64,000 nucleotides of DNA, from positions 93,950-157,949 of the forward strand of contig NIVC01002601.1 of NCBI GenBank assembly GCA_002269645.1, read 5' to 3'. Below, one piece after another: positions 13,656 to 26,590 of the stretch. Both the position numbers and the translations under genes were made by a program. The stretch is from Macrostomum lignano. Taxonomy: Eukaryota. The notes beneath the pieces are model-generated. The model was given only the letters and a program-made list of their open reading frames with translations, was not told where the DNA came from and did no database searches. Numbering within the stretch: the first letter of the stretch is position 1; each line of letters begins with the position of its first letter.

Positions 13656-14390
13656 TGGAGTACGAGCTAGTTTACAGTTCAGACTCTAGCCTCCATTCTA
13701 GAAGCTAGATTTTAGTAGCCCATGGTCTGCTCAGTAGTCCATGTTCAGCACCCAATGCCGACTCCTTATCGGTTCCCCGGTGAGCCTTTCATGTTTTTAA
13801 TCGGAATGCCCCGCTGACAAAAAATAAAATATCCCCCAATGACCGAGAGAAAGCACCAGACGGAGAACTGAAGGAAAAGCCGAGCACTTTAATGACAAAT
13901 ATGACCGTGAATAGCGATATGCATAATAATGAATTAATGCGCCGCTATCAGCGTCATCAACTAGAAAAAAATCATGAGGAGAAGTGGACCCTCCTCTGTC
14001 TGGGAAAATTTCACATATTTACATATTAATGAGTCACTGGTGAATAGAGTCTTAGATTAAAAAAAACACAAAATATTTTTACAATGGTTTGAAGCCGACT
14101 AACAAAGTAAAGCGAGCGCCTGATGTCCATCTTCAAAGCTCAATAATTCGTGAATTGCAGCAGCAAACAAAGTGAAATATTTAAATCTGTGCTTTGCTTC
14201 TTAAATATAGGTTTTTGTTCTTTACTGTAACTCTGTGGTAGGAAATAGACTCTAGTATTGCCAATCTGAGATAAATAGCTATTAACACCATCCCACATCC
14301 CCAGTTGCTGGGCCAGCCTCCCATGCAGATCCTCAGTTGCTGGGCCAGCCTCTCAATCAGCTGAGCACTCCAGCGCAGTGCATCGCAGGC

Positions 14391-14859
14391 TCAGACGAGG
14401 CCGTCGTCCTCACCAACCCGCCGGCTGTCTTTCTCCAGCTGTTCATCAGCAAGTCGGTAGTCGCCAGCAACCGGCTTCAGAAGCTGCAGACTGCAGGCCG
14501 CCTCGTCCTCTCGCCGCTGCCGCGGTGGCGAGGCATCTCGAGCGGGGCCGCCCCGGCGCGTAGAGGTCCTCCAGGTGCGGGTCCGCTGCGACCGCAACGA
14601 GCTGCGCACCGTCCGGGCCAGCGATTTCAAATCGCCAACAAAAAGCGAGGATGTGGTGCTGAATATGAAGAAGTGGGTCAGGTGGTTCAGCCGTTCAAGA
14701 ATCTTCCAGGCGAACTCCAGTCTGGTGCACTTGGTGCCGTTCTCGGCGAAGTTGCAGGCGTCGCTGACCCCCAGGTACCAAATGACGATGGGCGAAGTGA
14801 ACAGCAGGTGGCACAGCGCCATGCAGAACACGGTGCAGAATATCTTGTTAGACGCGCGT
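14391..14859 (-). CDS. Class A GPCR, exon 2 (TM6, TM7, C-tail); full CDS 1239 nt, 412 aa
   Basis: Acceptor CCACAG| at 14860 joins in frame (AG+A = Arg, then RASNKIFCTVFCMALCHLLFTSP); TM7 LNHLTHFFIF; stop at 14391-14393. Confidence 0.86.
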
Positions 14860-14869
14860 CTGTGGCGTT

Positions 14870-16115
<1,246 letters not shown>

Positions 16116-16832
16116 GAGAACCCTAACTCTCACACCCCAGCTACAGGCAACTCTGACACCCCAGCTACAGTCTATTCTGACACCCCAGCTACAGTCTATT
16201 CTGACACCCCAGCTACAGTTTATTCTGACACCCCAGCTGCAGTCTATTCTGACACCCCAGCTGCAGTCTATTCTGACACCTCAGCTACAGTCTATTCTGA
16301 CACCCCAGCTACAGTCTATTCTGACACCCCAGCTCCAGTCTTATCTGACACCCCAGCTACAGTCTATTCTGACACCCCAGCTACAGTCTATTCCGACACC
16401 CCAGCTACAGTCTTATCTGACACCCCAGCTACAGTCTATTCGGACACCCCAGCTACAGTCTATTCTGACACCCCAGCTACAGTCTATTCTGACACCCCAG
16501 CTACAGTCTTATCTGACACCCCAGCTACAGTCTATTCTGACACCCCAGCTACAGTCTATTCTGACACCCCAGCTACAGTCTATTCTGACACCCCAGCTAC
16601 AGTCTATTCTGACACCACAGCTACAGTCTATTCTGACACCCCAGCTACAGTCTATTCTGACACCCCAGCTACAGTCTATTCCGACACCCCAGCTACAGTC
16701 TTATCTGACACCCCAGCTACAGTCTATTCTGACACTCCAGCTACAGTCTATTCTGACACCCCAGCTACAGTCTATTCTGACACCCCAGCTACAGTCTATT
16801 CTGACACTCCAGCTACAGTCTATTCTGACACC
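16116..16832. repeat. 21-bp minisatellite (CTGACACCCCAGCTACAGTCTATT-type) in the GPCR intron
   Basis: About 34 units abutting the donor site; produces the (ILTPQLQS)n ORF, whose 8-aa period suggests the unit may be 24 bp. Confidence 0.9.
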
Positions 16833-16837
16833 CTCAC

Positions 16838-17607
16838 CTTCCAGTCGGACCTCCGCCGCCGCCACCGTTGCCGCTGCGCCCGCTGCGCGCCGCGGCGCTC
16901 CTGTCGGCATTGGCGATGGACGCAGTGGACGCCGCTCCGTGCCTTCGCCGGCGCTGGCCCAGCTTAGCCACGATAACCCCGTTGGTACCCACAATCAGAG
17001 CGAACGGCACGTAGGAGTAGATCAGAGAGTCCAGAGTGTGAAAGTGCCAGGACAAATGCTTGAATCGTTTGTCGGCATCGCAGAGCTGGCCGGGCTCGAT
17101 AATGACCAGCAGGTAGAGATTGCAGGCGGCCGAGAGAGCCCCGGCCACCAGGAGGGCAATGAGGCCGTTCCGCTGCTTGCACAGCACTCGCATGTCAAAC
17201 GGGCGCAGTACGCAGACCAGCCGTTCGCAGCACATCAAGCAGATGATCCAAACCGAATAGGTGCTCAGCCAGGTGTACAAGAACATTGGCGCTCGGCAGC
17301 CGAGCAGCGGCCGAATGTCAACGCAGGCGACGGTCATGAGCAGGTGGCGGAGGCAGCCCTGCACCAGGACGAGGGTGTCCACGATGCAGAGGCTGGTTAG
17401 GAGCAGAGCGGTGGAGCCGCGAGAGTCGTACATTCGACGAGACCAGAGCACGCTGGAGACGACATTGGCTGGGACGCCAATGACCAGAAACAGCAGGGGG
17501 TAGATTAACAGCAGGTAGCGGACCACCGCGTCTCCGTCTTGACCGTTGAAAATTGATGTATAGTTGGAACCCCGCTGTGAACAGTTTGGCAGCTTCATCT
17601 TGTCCAT
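16838..17607 (-). CDS. Class A (rhodopsin-like, peptide-receptor-type) GPCR, exon 1 (TM1-TM5)
   Basis: ACCATGG start at 17607; TM1 GVPAN, TM2 LCIVD, TM3 CERL, TM5 YSYVP; phase-2 donor AG|GTGAGG at 16837. Confidence 0.88.
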
Positions 17608-17879
17608 GGTGAACTTGATGCCGAGAAATTGAGTTGTCTCTGTGCTCAATGCCAGTGTTTGGACTGAGCCGGCGCTTTAATGCCCGGCATACCGGCTTGC
17701 TCGATTGGCTGTCCAAGGGAAGCGGTGGATTGCTGAGCAGTTGCGTAATTAATTTGTACTGAAGTTGTGCTAATTTTTACTGATAGTAGAGTATTTAGCA
17801 AATTTTGTTTCGTGAGGGGCTTGTCTCGTAGTTTAGTTTTTCCGTGCCCTGCGGAGACACTGAGCACTCCGTCCGGAAG

Positions 17880-19420
17880 CTAAACACTATATTGGAGACT
17901 TTATCTAGAAACTAGCAGCTACTGCAGTATCTAGAGACTAAACCCTCTATCTAGAGAATAAACACAACCATCTAGGACTAAACAATATCTAGAGGCTAAA
18001 CACTCCATTTAGGGACTAAACACTCTGTTTAGCGACTAAACACTATCAAGAGACAACACTCTATCTAGAGACTAAGCACTCTATCTAGAGACTAAGCACT
18101 CCATCTGGAGACTAAGCCCTCTATCTGGAGACTAAACACTCTATCTGGAGACTAAGCACTCTATCTGGAGACTAAGCACTCTATCTGGAGACTAAACACT
18201 CTATCTGGAGACTAAGCACTCTATCTGGAGACTAAGCACTCTATCTGGAGACTAAGCACTTTATCTGGAGACTAAGCACTCTATCTGGAGACTAAGCACT
18301 CTATCTGGAGACTAACAACAAAAACAAAGTACGCAGCAGCGCATGCAAGGTCACATTTAGAGCAGGGTGCGTCAGATGGCGCGCCGCAGAGCCTGGGAGC
18401 GGATGAAGTCCGCTCCGTTGGCAGTGTCGGGCGCCCCAGTGTCGCACAGCAGGCAGTCCACGTATCGACGGGTTTGGGCCTGACCCCCCCCCCCTGAACG
18501 GACCCTGCAAGGTGAGCAGCAGGACGTCCTGAACAGGTTGGGGGCAGTAGCCCTCGGCCCGGATCACGTGGCCCGCCAGTTGAAGTCGCCGCCGCGCCGC
18601 TGCAGCTTGGCCCGATCGTACAGGGCCTCGGTCCCGACGCTCTCGTCAGCTCGAAAGGCCGCAGGGAGCAGCCCTGAGTGCGCCGAGTCCAGCTGCCGCT
18701 CTAGCGTGGCCGTCAGCGTCCACGTCTCGGCGTTGCATAGCAGGACGGTTTCGACCACCGCCTGCCACAGCCGAGCCCTCTGGCGGTCGGGCAGCGCTTC
18801 GGACTGGAGGACGGCCCGGATCGAACGGAAGACCGCCCAGGCAAGTCCTCTGCGCCGCCGGAGGTCCTCTTCCACGTACGTGGGGCACCAGACCGCCGAG
18901 GTAGGTGAACCGCTGGCAGCGTGCGAGCCTGGTGGTCTGCCCGTCTGCGCCGCGGCACGTCAGGTCCGCTGGGATGTCGGCCGGCACAGTCAGCACCTCG
19001 GTCTTCAGCGTGTTGATGATCAGACCGATGCTCGATTCCACCTCGACCAGCCTGTCGATTTGGCGCTGGGCGCCTTCAACGGATGAGGACAGGAGGGCGA
19101 GGTCGTCGGCGTAGCCAAGCACGCTTAGGCGCTTTTCGCTGTGGCGGCGACCGATGCGTCTGCGCAGCAGGAAGCCGTCGTCAGCCGAGGGGAGTGCGGT
19201 CCGAAGCATCCAGTCCAGCAGCAGCACGAAGAGGAACTGCGCCAGCGTGTCGCTCTGGCAGAGCCAGGCACTGCTAGGCTTAGAGACTAAAAACTCTATC
19301 TAGAAACTGAGCACTCTTATCTAGAGACTATAAGAACTATCTAGAGTCTAAGCACTTTATTCTAGAGACTAAACACTCTATCTGAGGCTAAACACTAACT
19401 AGTAGAGTCTAGGCTCTGTC
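17880..19420. repeat. 20-bp minisatellite (CTATCTGGAGACTAAGCACT) interrupted by a LINE fragment
   Basis: Units at 17880-18312 and a degenerate continuation at 19270-19420. Confidence 0.85.
18312..19262 (-). mobile_element. 5'-truncated RTE-clade non-LTR retrotransposon fragment (reverse transcriptase, frameshifted)
   Basis: QSDTLAQFLF...LGYADDLALL...GLIINTLKTEV...FTYLGG, then VETVLLCNAETWTL in a second frame; a 4-bp duplication (CACGTACGTG near 18873-18882) shifts the frame. Clade assigned from motif resemblance only. Confidence 0.85.
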
Positions 19421-19799
19421 TAGAAAAGCAAGTGAATGCGTGGAAATATTCTAACAAAAAATAGAAGCGCATGTTTGTTAGAGCCTGCAAGAGTTATGAA
19501 GACTTGGTGAGTTTATTAAAAAAAATTTTCATTTAGATACATGTAATAATAATGCTTGTGGTCTGATCTAACCAAAACTCAATGTTGCCTAATTATTTCA
19601 CCACAGTGTGAACAGTAAGAAACATGTCTGCATCATACTACTGATATATACACTGCAGTAGTGTCAGTCGATCTGCATAGAAATAGTTTTAAATTTTTTG
19701 CTTAATTATGGCTAGTTGCAGGTATACTAGTCAAAAAGAAAAAGTTGCTGCGTAACGCTACTTAGAAGAGCAGTAGCAAAATTGAATATTGTCAGATTT

Positions 19800-19957
19800 T
19801 TAATCGTAGCTTGGCAGCACGTTATCGGCAAATTGGCCGGCCAGATTTCCGCCAGGCCGGTAAAAGCAGGCGGCGTACTGGTCTCCGGTGTCCGGGTCCA
19901 CGGCCAGCCCGACGCCCAGGTCCTCGGAGGAGCACCAAACCAGCTGGCTGAAGTGAC
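19800..19957 (-). CDS. Double-CAP protein, exon 4; full CDS 1563 nt, 520 aa
   Basis: Acceptor AACAG| at 19958 gives GHFSQLVW...YRPGGN...DNVLP; stop TAA at 19800-19802. Confidence 0.88.
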
Positions 19958-20029
19958 CTGTTGTGAAAATAATGCATTTTGGAATGCACCACATCATGAT
20001 ACCAGCAAAACCAGACCCTAGTACGCACG

Positions 20030-20545
20030 GAACCAACCCTACATACACACGGAACCAAACCCTACATGCACACGGAACCAAACCCTACATACACACGGAA
20101 CCAAACCCTACATAGACACGGAACCAAACCCTACATACACACGGAACCAAACCCTACATAGACACGGAACCAAACCCTACATACACACGGAACCAAACCC
20201 TACATACACACGGAACCAAACCCTACATACACACGGAACCAAACCCTACATAGACACGGAACCAAACCCTACATACACACGGAACCAAACCCTACATACA
20301 CACGTAACCAAACCCTACATACACACGGAACCAGACCCTACATACACACGGAACCAGACCCAATGTACACACGGAAACAGACCCTACATACACACGGAAC
20401 CAAACCCTACATACACACGGAAACAGACCCTACATACACACGGAACCAAACCCTACATACACACGGAACCAGACCCAATGTACACACGGAACCAAACCCT
20501 ACATACACACGGAACCAGACCCTACATACACACGGAACCAAACAC
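20030..20545. repeat. 23-bp minisatellite (CACACGGAACCAAACCCTACATA), CAP intron 3
   Basis: About 22 units. Confidence 0.94.
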
Positions 20546-20607
20546 ACGGAACTCTACTCTGGATACCTACAGACCAGCCTATCCACACCCCCAGAAGGTA
20601 AAGGTAA

Positions 20608-20775
20608 CAGCCCCAAACGGCCCTCAGAGGGTAGAGATGCCAGCCCCAAACGGCCCTCCGAGGGTAGAGATGCCAGCCCCAAACGGCCCTCCGAGGGTAG
20701 AGATGCCAGCCCCAAACGGCCCTCAGAGGGTAGAGATGCCAGCCCCAAACGGCCCTCAGAGGGTAGAGATGCCAG
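20608..20775. repeat. 33-bp tandem repeat, 5 copies, CAP intron 3
   Basis: CAGCCCCAAACGGCCCTCAGAGGGTAGAGATGC units. Confidence 0.92.
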
Positions 20776-20794
20776 ACCAAGCCCGGCTACGCAC

Positions 20795-21589
20795 CTCCGC
20801 ATATGTCGCCAGGGTCGGGCCTCCCGAAGTCGAACCGGTGTCTCTCGCCGTACCACTGCAGCACCAGCTGCCTGCCAGCCTGCCGCCAGTCCCACCCGCT
20901 GGTGTCCTCCGCCGGCCTCTTCGCGATATTCTGCCCAACGCTGGCGTCGTTGAAGTCCTCGGCTGGGCGATGCTGCAGCCTCCCCGACTGGCTGAGCAAC
21001 TCGGCCCAGCTCTGCGCCAGCCGGTCCAAAGACTTCGATCGGCGAAGCTCCGGAGCTCCGTGCCTCCTGCGCAGCTCGTTGTGCTGCTTGGCCACCTCGT
21101 CAGCGAATGTCTCTCTAAGCTCGGCGTCGTCTTCGCCGCCGCCGTCATTGCCAGACACCGTCGGCGGAGCGGCAAAATTTCGACGAAATCGAGTCGGCTG
21201 GATGATCATCTCCTGGCCGATGTCGGGGCGCGCCGGCTGGGAGCCGCCGTCCTGACTAGTCGTGGTCTCCTTCGACAGCTGGTAGCGACTTCCGTCCGGC
21301 CTGGCGAAGGTCACCGTCACCGTCACGGTCTTCTCGCCGTTCACAATTCGAGTTTTCGTGGCTTTGCCAACCGGCCGGTCACTCGGATCGGCCGGGTCGG
21401 GTTCCTGGCCGCCTCCTTGGCTGATGACTGACTGCTGGGGCTGCTGCGGCTGCTGCGGCTGCTGCTTGATGTACTGCTGTGGCTGCTGCGGCTGCTGCTT
21501 GATGTACTGCTGCGGCTGCTGCGGCTGCTGCTTGATGTACTGCTGCGGCTGCTGCGGCTGCTGCTGCTGCTGCGAGCTTTGGCCGCCCA
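20795..21589 (-). CDS. Double-CAP protein, exon 3 (Q-rich linker and start of CAP domain 2)
   Basis: Acceptor AACAG| at 21590, phase 1; HNELRRRHGAP, RLQH, GQNIA, WYGE; donor G|GTGCGT at 20794. Confidence 0.85.
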
Positions 21590-21689
21590 CTGTTCGTGAC
21601 AAGGGACTGGATAATGCTCCACCTGTCCATTCTTTTCATCTGCAGTCTCACTCCATCTTTATCTATAGTCTCTCTTACCCATCTCATCT

Positions 21690-22110
21690 ACAGGCTCTCT
21701 TTTCCTCATCTCATCTCCAGTCTCTCTCTCTCATCTCATCTCCAGTCTCCTTCCCCATCTCATCTCCAGTCTCTCTCTCTCATCTCATCTCCAGTCTCTC
21801 TTCCCCATCTCATCTCCAGTCTCTCTCTCTCTCATCTCATCTCCAGTCTCTCTTCCCCATCTCATCTCCAGTCTCTCTCTCTCTCATCTCATCTCCAGTC
21901 TCTCTTCCTCATCTAATCTCCAGTCTCTCTTCCCCATCTCATCTCCAGTCTCTCTCTCTCATCTCATCTCCAGTCTCTCTTCCCCATCTCATCTCCAGTC
22001 TCTCTCTCTCTCATCTCATCTCCAGTCTCTCTTCCTCATCTAATCTCCAGTCTCTCTTCCGTATCTCATTTCCAGTCTCTCTTTCCCATCTCATCTCCAG
22101 TCTCTCTTCC
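21690..22110. repeat. CT-rich minisatellite (CATCTCATCTCCAGTCTCTCT), CAP intron 2
   Basis: Direct reading. Confidence 0.9.
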
Positions 22111-22192
22111 CCTTCTCATTGCAGCTCATTCTCTGAATCTTCAACCTTGCAGAATGAAACGATTTAACAATTTATGTCATCTTGGCACTCAC

Positions 22193-22378
22193 TGATATCG
22201 TCGCGCGTCGGCACCCAAATCTCACCAGACAGGGGCGCGGGAATGTTGGCGCGCCACTTGTTCATGAAGTTTCCCGGGGGAGAGTACTGCCCGACTGTAA
22301 ACATCTTGCCGTCTGGTGCCATCGCCTTCCCGAAGCCGGCCTCCTTGGTGCTCTTCCACACCACCTGAGAGAAGTGAC
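22193..22378 (-). CDS. Double-CAP protein, exon 2 (end of CAP domain 1)
   Basis: Acceptor TGCAG| at 22379 gives GHFSQVVWKST...YSPPGNF; donor A|GTGAGT at 22192 (alternative G|GTGAGA at 22225). Confidence 0.88.
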
Positions 22379-22419
22379 CTGCAGTTAACACGGGACAGCA
22401 GATAATTGCAGCATCGATG

Positions 22420-23245
22420 CCCCAGGTAGATAATCGGTGCCCCAGACCCTCCACCCCAGCCAGGTAGATAATTAGAGCATCGGTGCCCCAGCCCCTCCAC
22501 CCCAGCCAGGTAGATAATTACAGCATCGGTGCCCCCAGCCCCTCCACCCCAGCCAGGGATATAACTACAGCATCGGTGCCCCCAGCCCCTCCACCCCAGC
22601 CAGGGATATAACTACAGCATCGGTGCCCCAGCCCCTCCACCCCAGCCAGGTAGATAATTACAGCATCGGTGCCCCAGCCCCTCCACTCCAGCCAGGGAGA
22701 TAACTACAGCATCGGTGCCCCCAGCCCTTCCACTCCAGCCAGGGAGATAACTACAGCATCGGTGCCCCAGCCCCTCCACCCCAGCCAGGGATATAACTAC
22801 AGCATCGGTGCCCCAGCCCCTCCACCCCAGCCAGGGATATAACTACAGCATCGGTGCCCCCAGCCCCTCCACCCCAGCCAGGGATATAACTACAGCATCG
22901 GTGCCCCAGCCCCTCCACCCCAGCCAGGTAGATAATTACAGCATCGGTGCCCCAGCCCCTCCACTCCAGCCAGGGAGATAACTACAGCATCGGTGCCCCC
23001 AGCCCTTCCACTCCAGCCAGGGAGATAACTACAGCATCGGTGCCCCAGCCCCTCCACCCCAGCCAGGGAGATAACTACAGCATCGGTGCCCCAGCCCCTC
23101 CACCCCAGCCAGGTAGATAATTACAGCATCGTTGCCCTAGCCCCTCCACTCCAGCCAGGGAGATAATTACAGCACCGGTTTCCCCAGCCCCTCCACCCCA
23201 GCCAGGCAGGTAACTACAGCATCGGTGCCCCAGCCAGGCAGGTAG
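22420..23245. repeat. ~46-bp minisatellite, CAP intron 1
   Basis: GATAA(C/T)TACAGCATCGGTGCCCCAGCCCCTCCACCCCAGCCAGG units, about 17 copies. Confidence 0.93.
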
Positions 23246-23257
23246 TTCTCAACTCAC

Positions 23258-23681
23258 CGCAATTCATCTGGTTCTCTCCACCGTTGAAGTCGTACATCTC
23301 AATCTCCGAGTACCACTGCGCCGTGCACTGACTGCCCCTGTACTCCTGACTGCCCTGCACCATCTTCATGGCTATGTTCTCGCCGTAGCTGCCTCTCGGG
23401 TTGGGCGTGCTGTGCTGCAGCCGGCCAAGACTGGCCAGGTGGTTGGCCCAAGCCTGAGCACTCCTAGCCAGCTTCTCCGACAGCTCCAACGGTGGACAGC
23501 CGTGCAGTTCCCGGCATTCGTTGTGCGCCTCCAGGCACTCCTCGTTGAACTCTTCGTCAACGACGATTGGAGCGGAATTGGTCCGCTGCTCAAGCTGCTG
23601 CTCAAGCTGCTGCTCAAGCTGCTGCTCAAACTGCTGCTCAAGCTGCTGCTCCATCTGCTGCTCCATTTCGAGTTCAGACAT
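23258..23681 (-). CDS. Double-CAP (SCP/TAPS) domain GAPR-1/GLIPR2-like protein, exon 1
   Basis: HNECRELHG, RLQH, YGENIA, WYSEI motifs; phase-1 donor TGC G|GTGAGT; no signal peptide; N-terminal (EQQL)n repeat. Confidence 0.9.
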
Positions 23682-24229
23682 ATCTAGGCTTGAAAGCTTG
23701 TTAGAAGCTAAAACAACCGAGTGCAGGCTGTGAGCTAGGTTGACCCCTGCGCCTACTATTCACAGTCGTCGTTTTTATTTCTATCCATTTTTCTAGACTT
23801 TTTGTTCTATAGAAGAGAGAGAGAGAGAGAGAGAGAGACCGAAGGTGGGCAAACTTGGCGCTTAGCTTAGACCAAAGTATTATTCTGTGTAGAATAGCTA
23901 TCTGTCTTATTCTTTACCAAGCATGGGCACACAGATGGGTCTGATAAGTAAACATCTTTTCATTGTGAGGCGAAGAATGCCAAGAATCTTTCTGACGCAG
24001 CCCCACCCGCCCCTCTGCTTGGCTAACTATTACAAAACTGTTTAAAATACTGGTTCGGTTATTAGATACGACTCTTTTACGGGATTTTACGGGAAACCGG
24101 TTGGTAAGGACGGAAACGCCCCAGTGCTGTCCCGCAAGGGTTGTTGAAATTCTGCTGTTTTCTACTCAAATTTCTAGATAATTTTACTCTACCTGGAATA
24201 CGATCGCTAAAAGAATATATGATAAGTCG

Positions 24230-25478
24230 TATGGATCCCTTCCCCAAAGTCCTTATGGATCCCTACGACCTCCACTAAGTCCCTATGGATCCCTATCATC
24301 CACTAAGTCCCTATGGATCCCTATGACCTCCACTAAGTCCTTATGGATCCCTATGACCTCCACTAAGTCCTTATGGATCCCTATGACCTCCACTAAGTCC
24401 TTATGGATCCCTATGACCTCCACTAAGTCCTTATGGATCCCTATGACATCCACTAAGTCCCTATGGATCCCTATGACATCCACTAAGTCCCTATGGATCC
24501 CTATGGCCTCCAATAAGTCCTTATGGATCCCTATGACCTCCACTAAGTCCCTATGGATCCCCACGACCTCCACTAAGTCCCTATGGATCCCTATGACATC
24601 CACTAAGTCCCTATGGATCCCTATGACCTCCACTAAGTCCTTATGGATCCCTATGACCTTCACTAAGTCCTTATGGATCCCTATGACCTTCACTAAGTCC
24701 TTATGGATCCCTATGACCTCCACTAAGTCCCTATGGATCCCTATCATCCACTAAGTCCCTATGGATCCCTATGGATCCCTATGACCTCCACTAAGTCCTT
24801 ATGGATCCCTATGACATCCACTAAGTCCCTATGGATCCCTATGACCTCCACTAAGTCCTTATGGATCCCTATGACCTTCACTAAGTCCTTATGGATCCCT
24901 ATGACCTTCACTAAGTCCTTATGGATCCCTATGACCTCCACTAAGTCCTTATGGATCCCTATGACATCCACTAAGTCCCTATGGATCCCTATGACATCCA
25001 CTAAGTCCCTATGGATCCCTATGACCTCCACCAAGTCCCTATGGATCCCTATGGCCTCCAATAAGTCCTTATGGATCCCTATGACCTTCACTAAGTCCTT
25101 ATGGATCCCTATGACCTCCACTAAGTCCCTATGGATCCCTATGACCTCCACTAAGTCCCTATGGATCCCTATGACCTCCACTAAGTCCTTATGGATCCCT
25201 ATGACCTTCACTAAGTCCTTATGGATCCCTATGACCTCCACTAAGTCTTTATGGATCCCTATGACCTTCACTAAGTCCTTATGGATCCCTATGACCTTCA
25301 CTAAGTCCTTATGGATCCCTATGACCTCCACTAAGTCTTTATGGATCCCTATGGCCTCCAATAAGTCCTTATGGATCCCTATGACCTCCACTAAGTCCCT
25401 ATGGATCCCCACGACCTCCACTAAGTCCCTATGGATCCCTATGACCTCCACTAAGTCCCTATGGATCCCTATGACCTA
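24230..25478. repeat. 30-bp minisatellite (ATGACCTCCACTAAGTCCTTATGGATCCCT)
   Basis: About 41 units, each with a BamHI site. Confidence 0.96.
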
Positions 25479-25711
25479 ATTATCACAGTTGACACCTATA
25501 CGAGCGTGTACCAATTCTATCAAGCACCGGTGAAACCAAATTGGTTAAAAAAACACAAAAAGTAGCACATTAAATCTTTACATTCGTACGTCAACGATTT
25601 TCACCATAGACTTCCAGACCAAACTTTTCATAAATTTGAACGGTAAGACACGTACATTACTTAATCATTCATGCAATTATAAATCATTGGTTTAAAAAGC
25701 AAAAAATCGCC

Positions 25712-25972
25712 ATGTCATTCAGCATAAAAGAGTTTTATAGCCTCAGCACTAAGGAGAAGACTGCAGACTATGTATTCTACAAGCAGCCACTGGTCATTGT
25801 AGTTCTGGTTATCCTACTGCTCCTACTGCTGATTGTCACTCTGGAAAATCTTGTGCTGCTTTACCAGCGAATTCTACTTCACAGAAGGCAGAACGTGCTC
25901 AGAAACAAAGTGAAGGCTCGCTTCCAGGAGATGCAGCACGACCAGGATTCTGTGACAGAAAACAGAGCGTGA
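25712..25972 (+). CDS. Candidate 86-aa single-pass membrane microprotein
   Basis: Non-repetitive ORF with CGCCATG start, one long hydrophobic segment followed by a basic cluster, and ATTAAA about 45 nt after the stop. No family recognised. Confidence 0.45.
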   Translation: MSFSIKEFYSLSTKEKTADYVFYKQPLVIVVLVILLLLLLIVTLENLVLLYQRILLHRRQNVLRNKVKARFQEMQHDQDSVTENRA

Positions 25973-26199
25973 CGTTCGTTTAACTTTTTAAAAGATTCTG
26001 TGTGCTTAATTCTGATTAAAATGTCGCTAAAGTTGTGTGATCAGGATTTACATGTAAAGCTAGAATATAACGTCATTAATCTGTGTTTTGATTCCTCAAT
26101 GCTTACGTGCCAGAACTTTATATATGCTTATTAGCTACATGTAGCTGCTCGTTCAACATCTTGTCACCTAGCTGTAGCTGTAGCACCCCCCCCCCCCCT

Positions 26200-26590
26200 G
26201 TTCCAGTGAGCTGCAGCCCCTCCCCAATTCCAGTGAGCTGCAGCCCCTCCCCAATTCCAGTGAGCTGCAGCCCCTCCCCAATTCTATGAGCTGCAACCTT
26301 TCCTTGATTGCAGTGAGCTGCAGCCCCTCCCCAATTCCAGTGAGCTGCAGCCCCTCCCCAATTCTATGAGCTGCAACCTTTCCTTGATTGCAGTGAGCTG
26401 CAGCCCCTCCCCAATTCCAGTGAGCTGCAGCCCCTCCCCAAGTCCAGTGAGCTGCAGCCCCTCCCCAATTCCAGTGAGCTGCAGCCCCTCCCCAATTCCA
26501 GTGAGCTGCAGCCCCTCCCCAATTCCAGTGAGCTGCAGCCCCTCTCCAATTCCAGTGAGCTGCAGCCCCTCCCCAATTCCAGTGAGCTGC
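26200..26590. repeat. 27-bp minisatellite (CAGTGAGCTGCAGCCCCTCCCCAATTC)
   Basis: About 14 units. Confidence 0.92.

Noticed and set aside
20363-21431. Plus-strand ORFs over the CAP gene, and similar antisense ORFs over the GPCR, hsp20, CFAP157 and METTL24-like exons
   Set aside because: These are shadow ORFs expected opposite GC-rich coding sequence.
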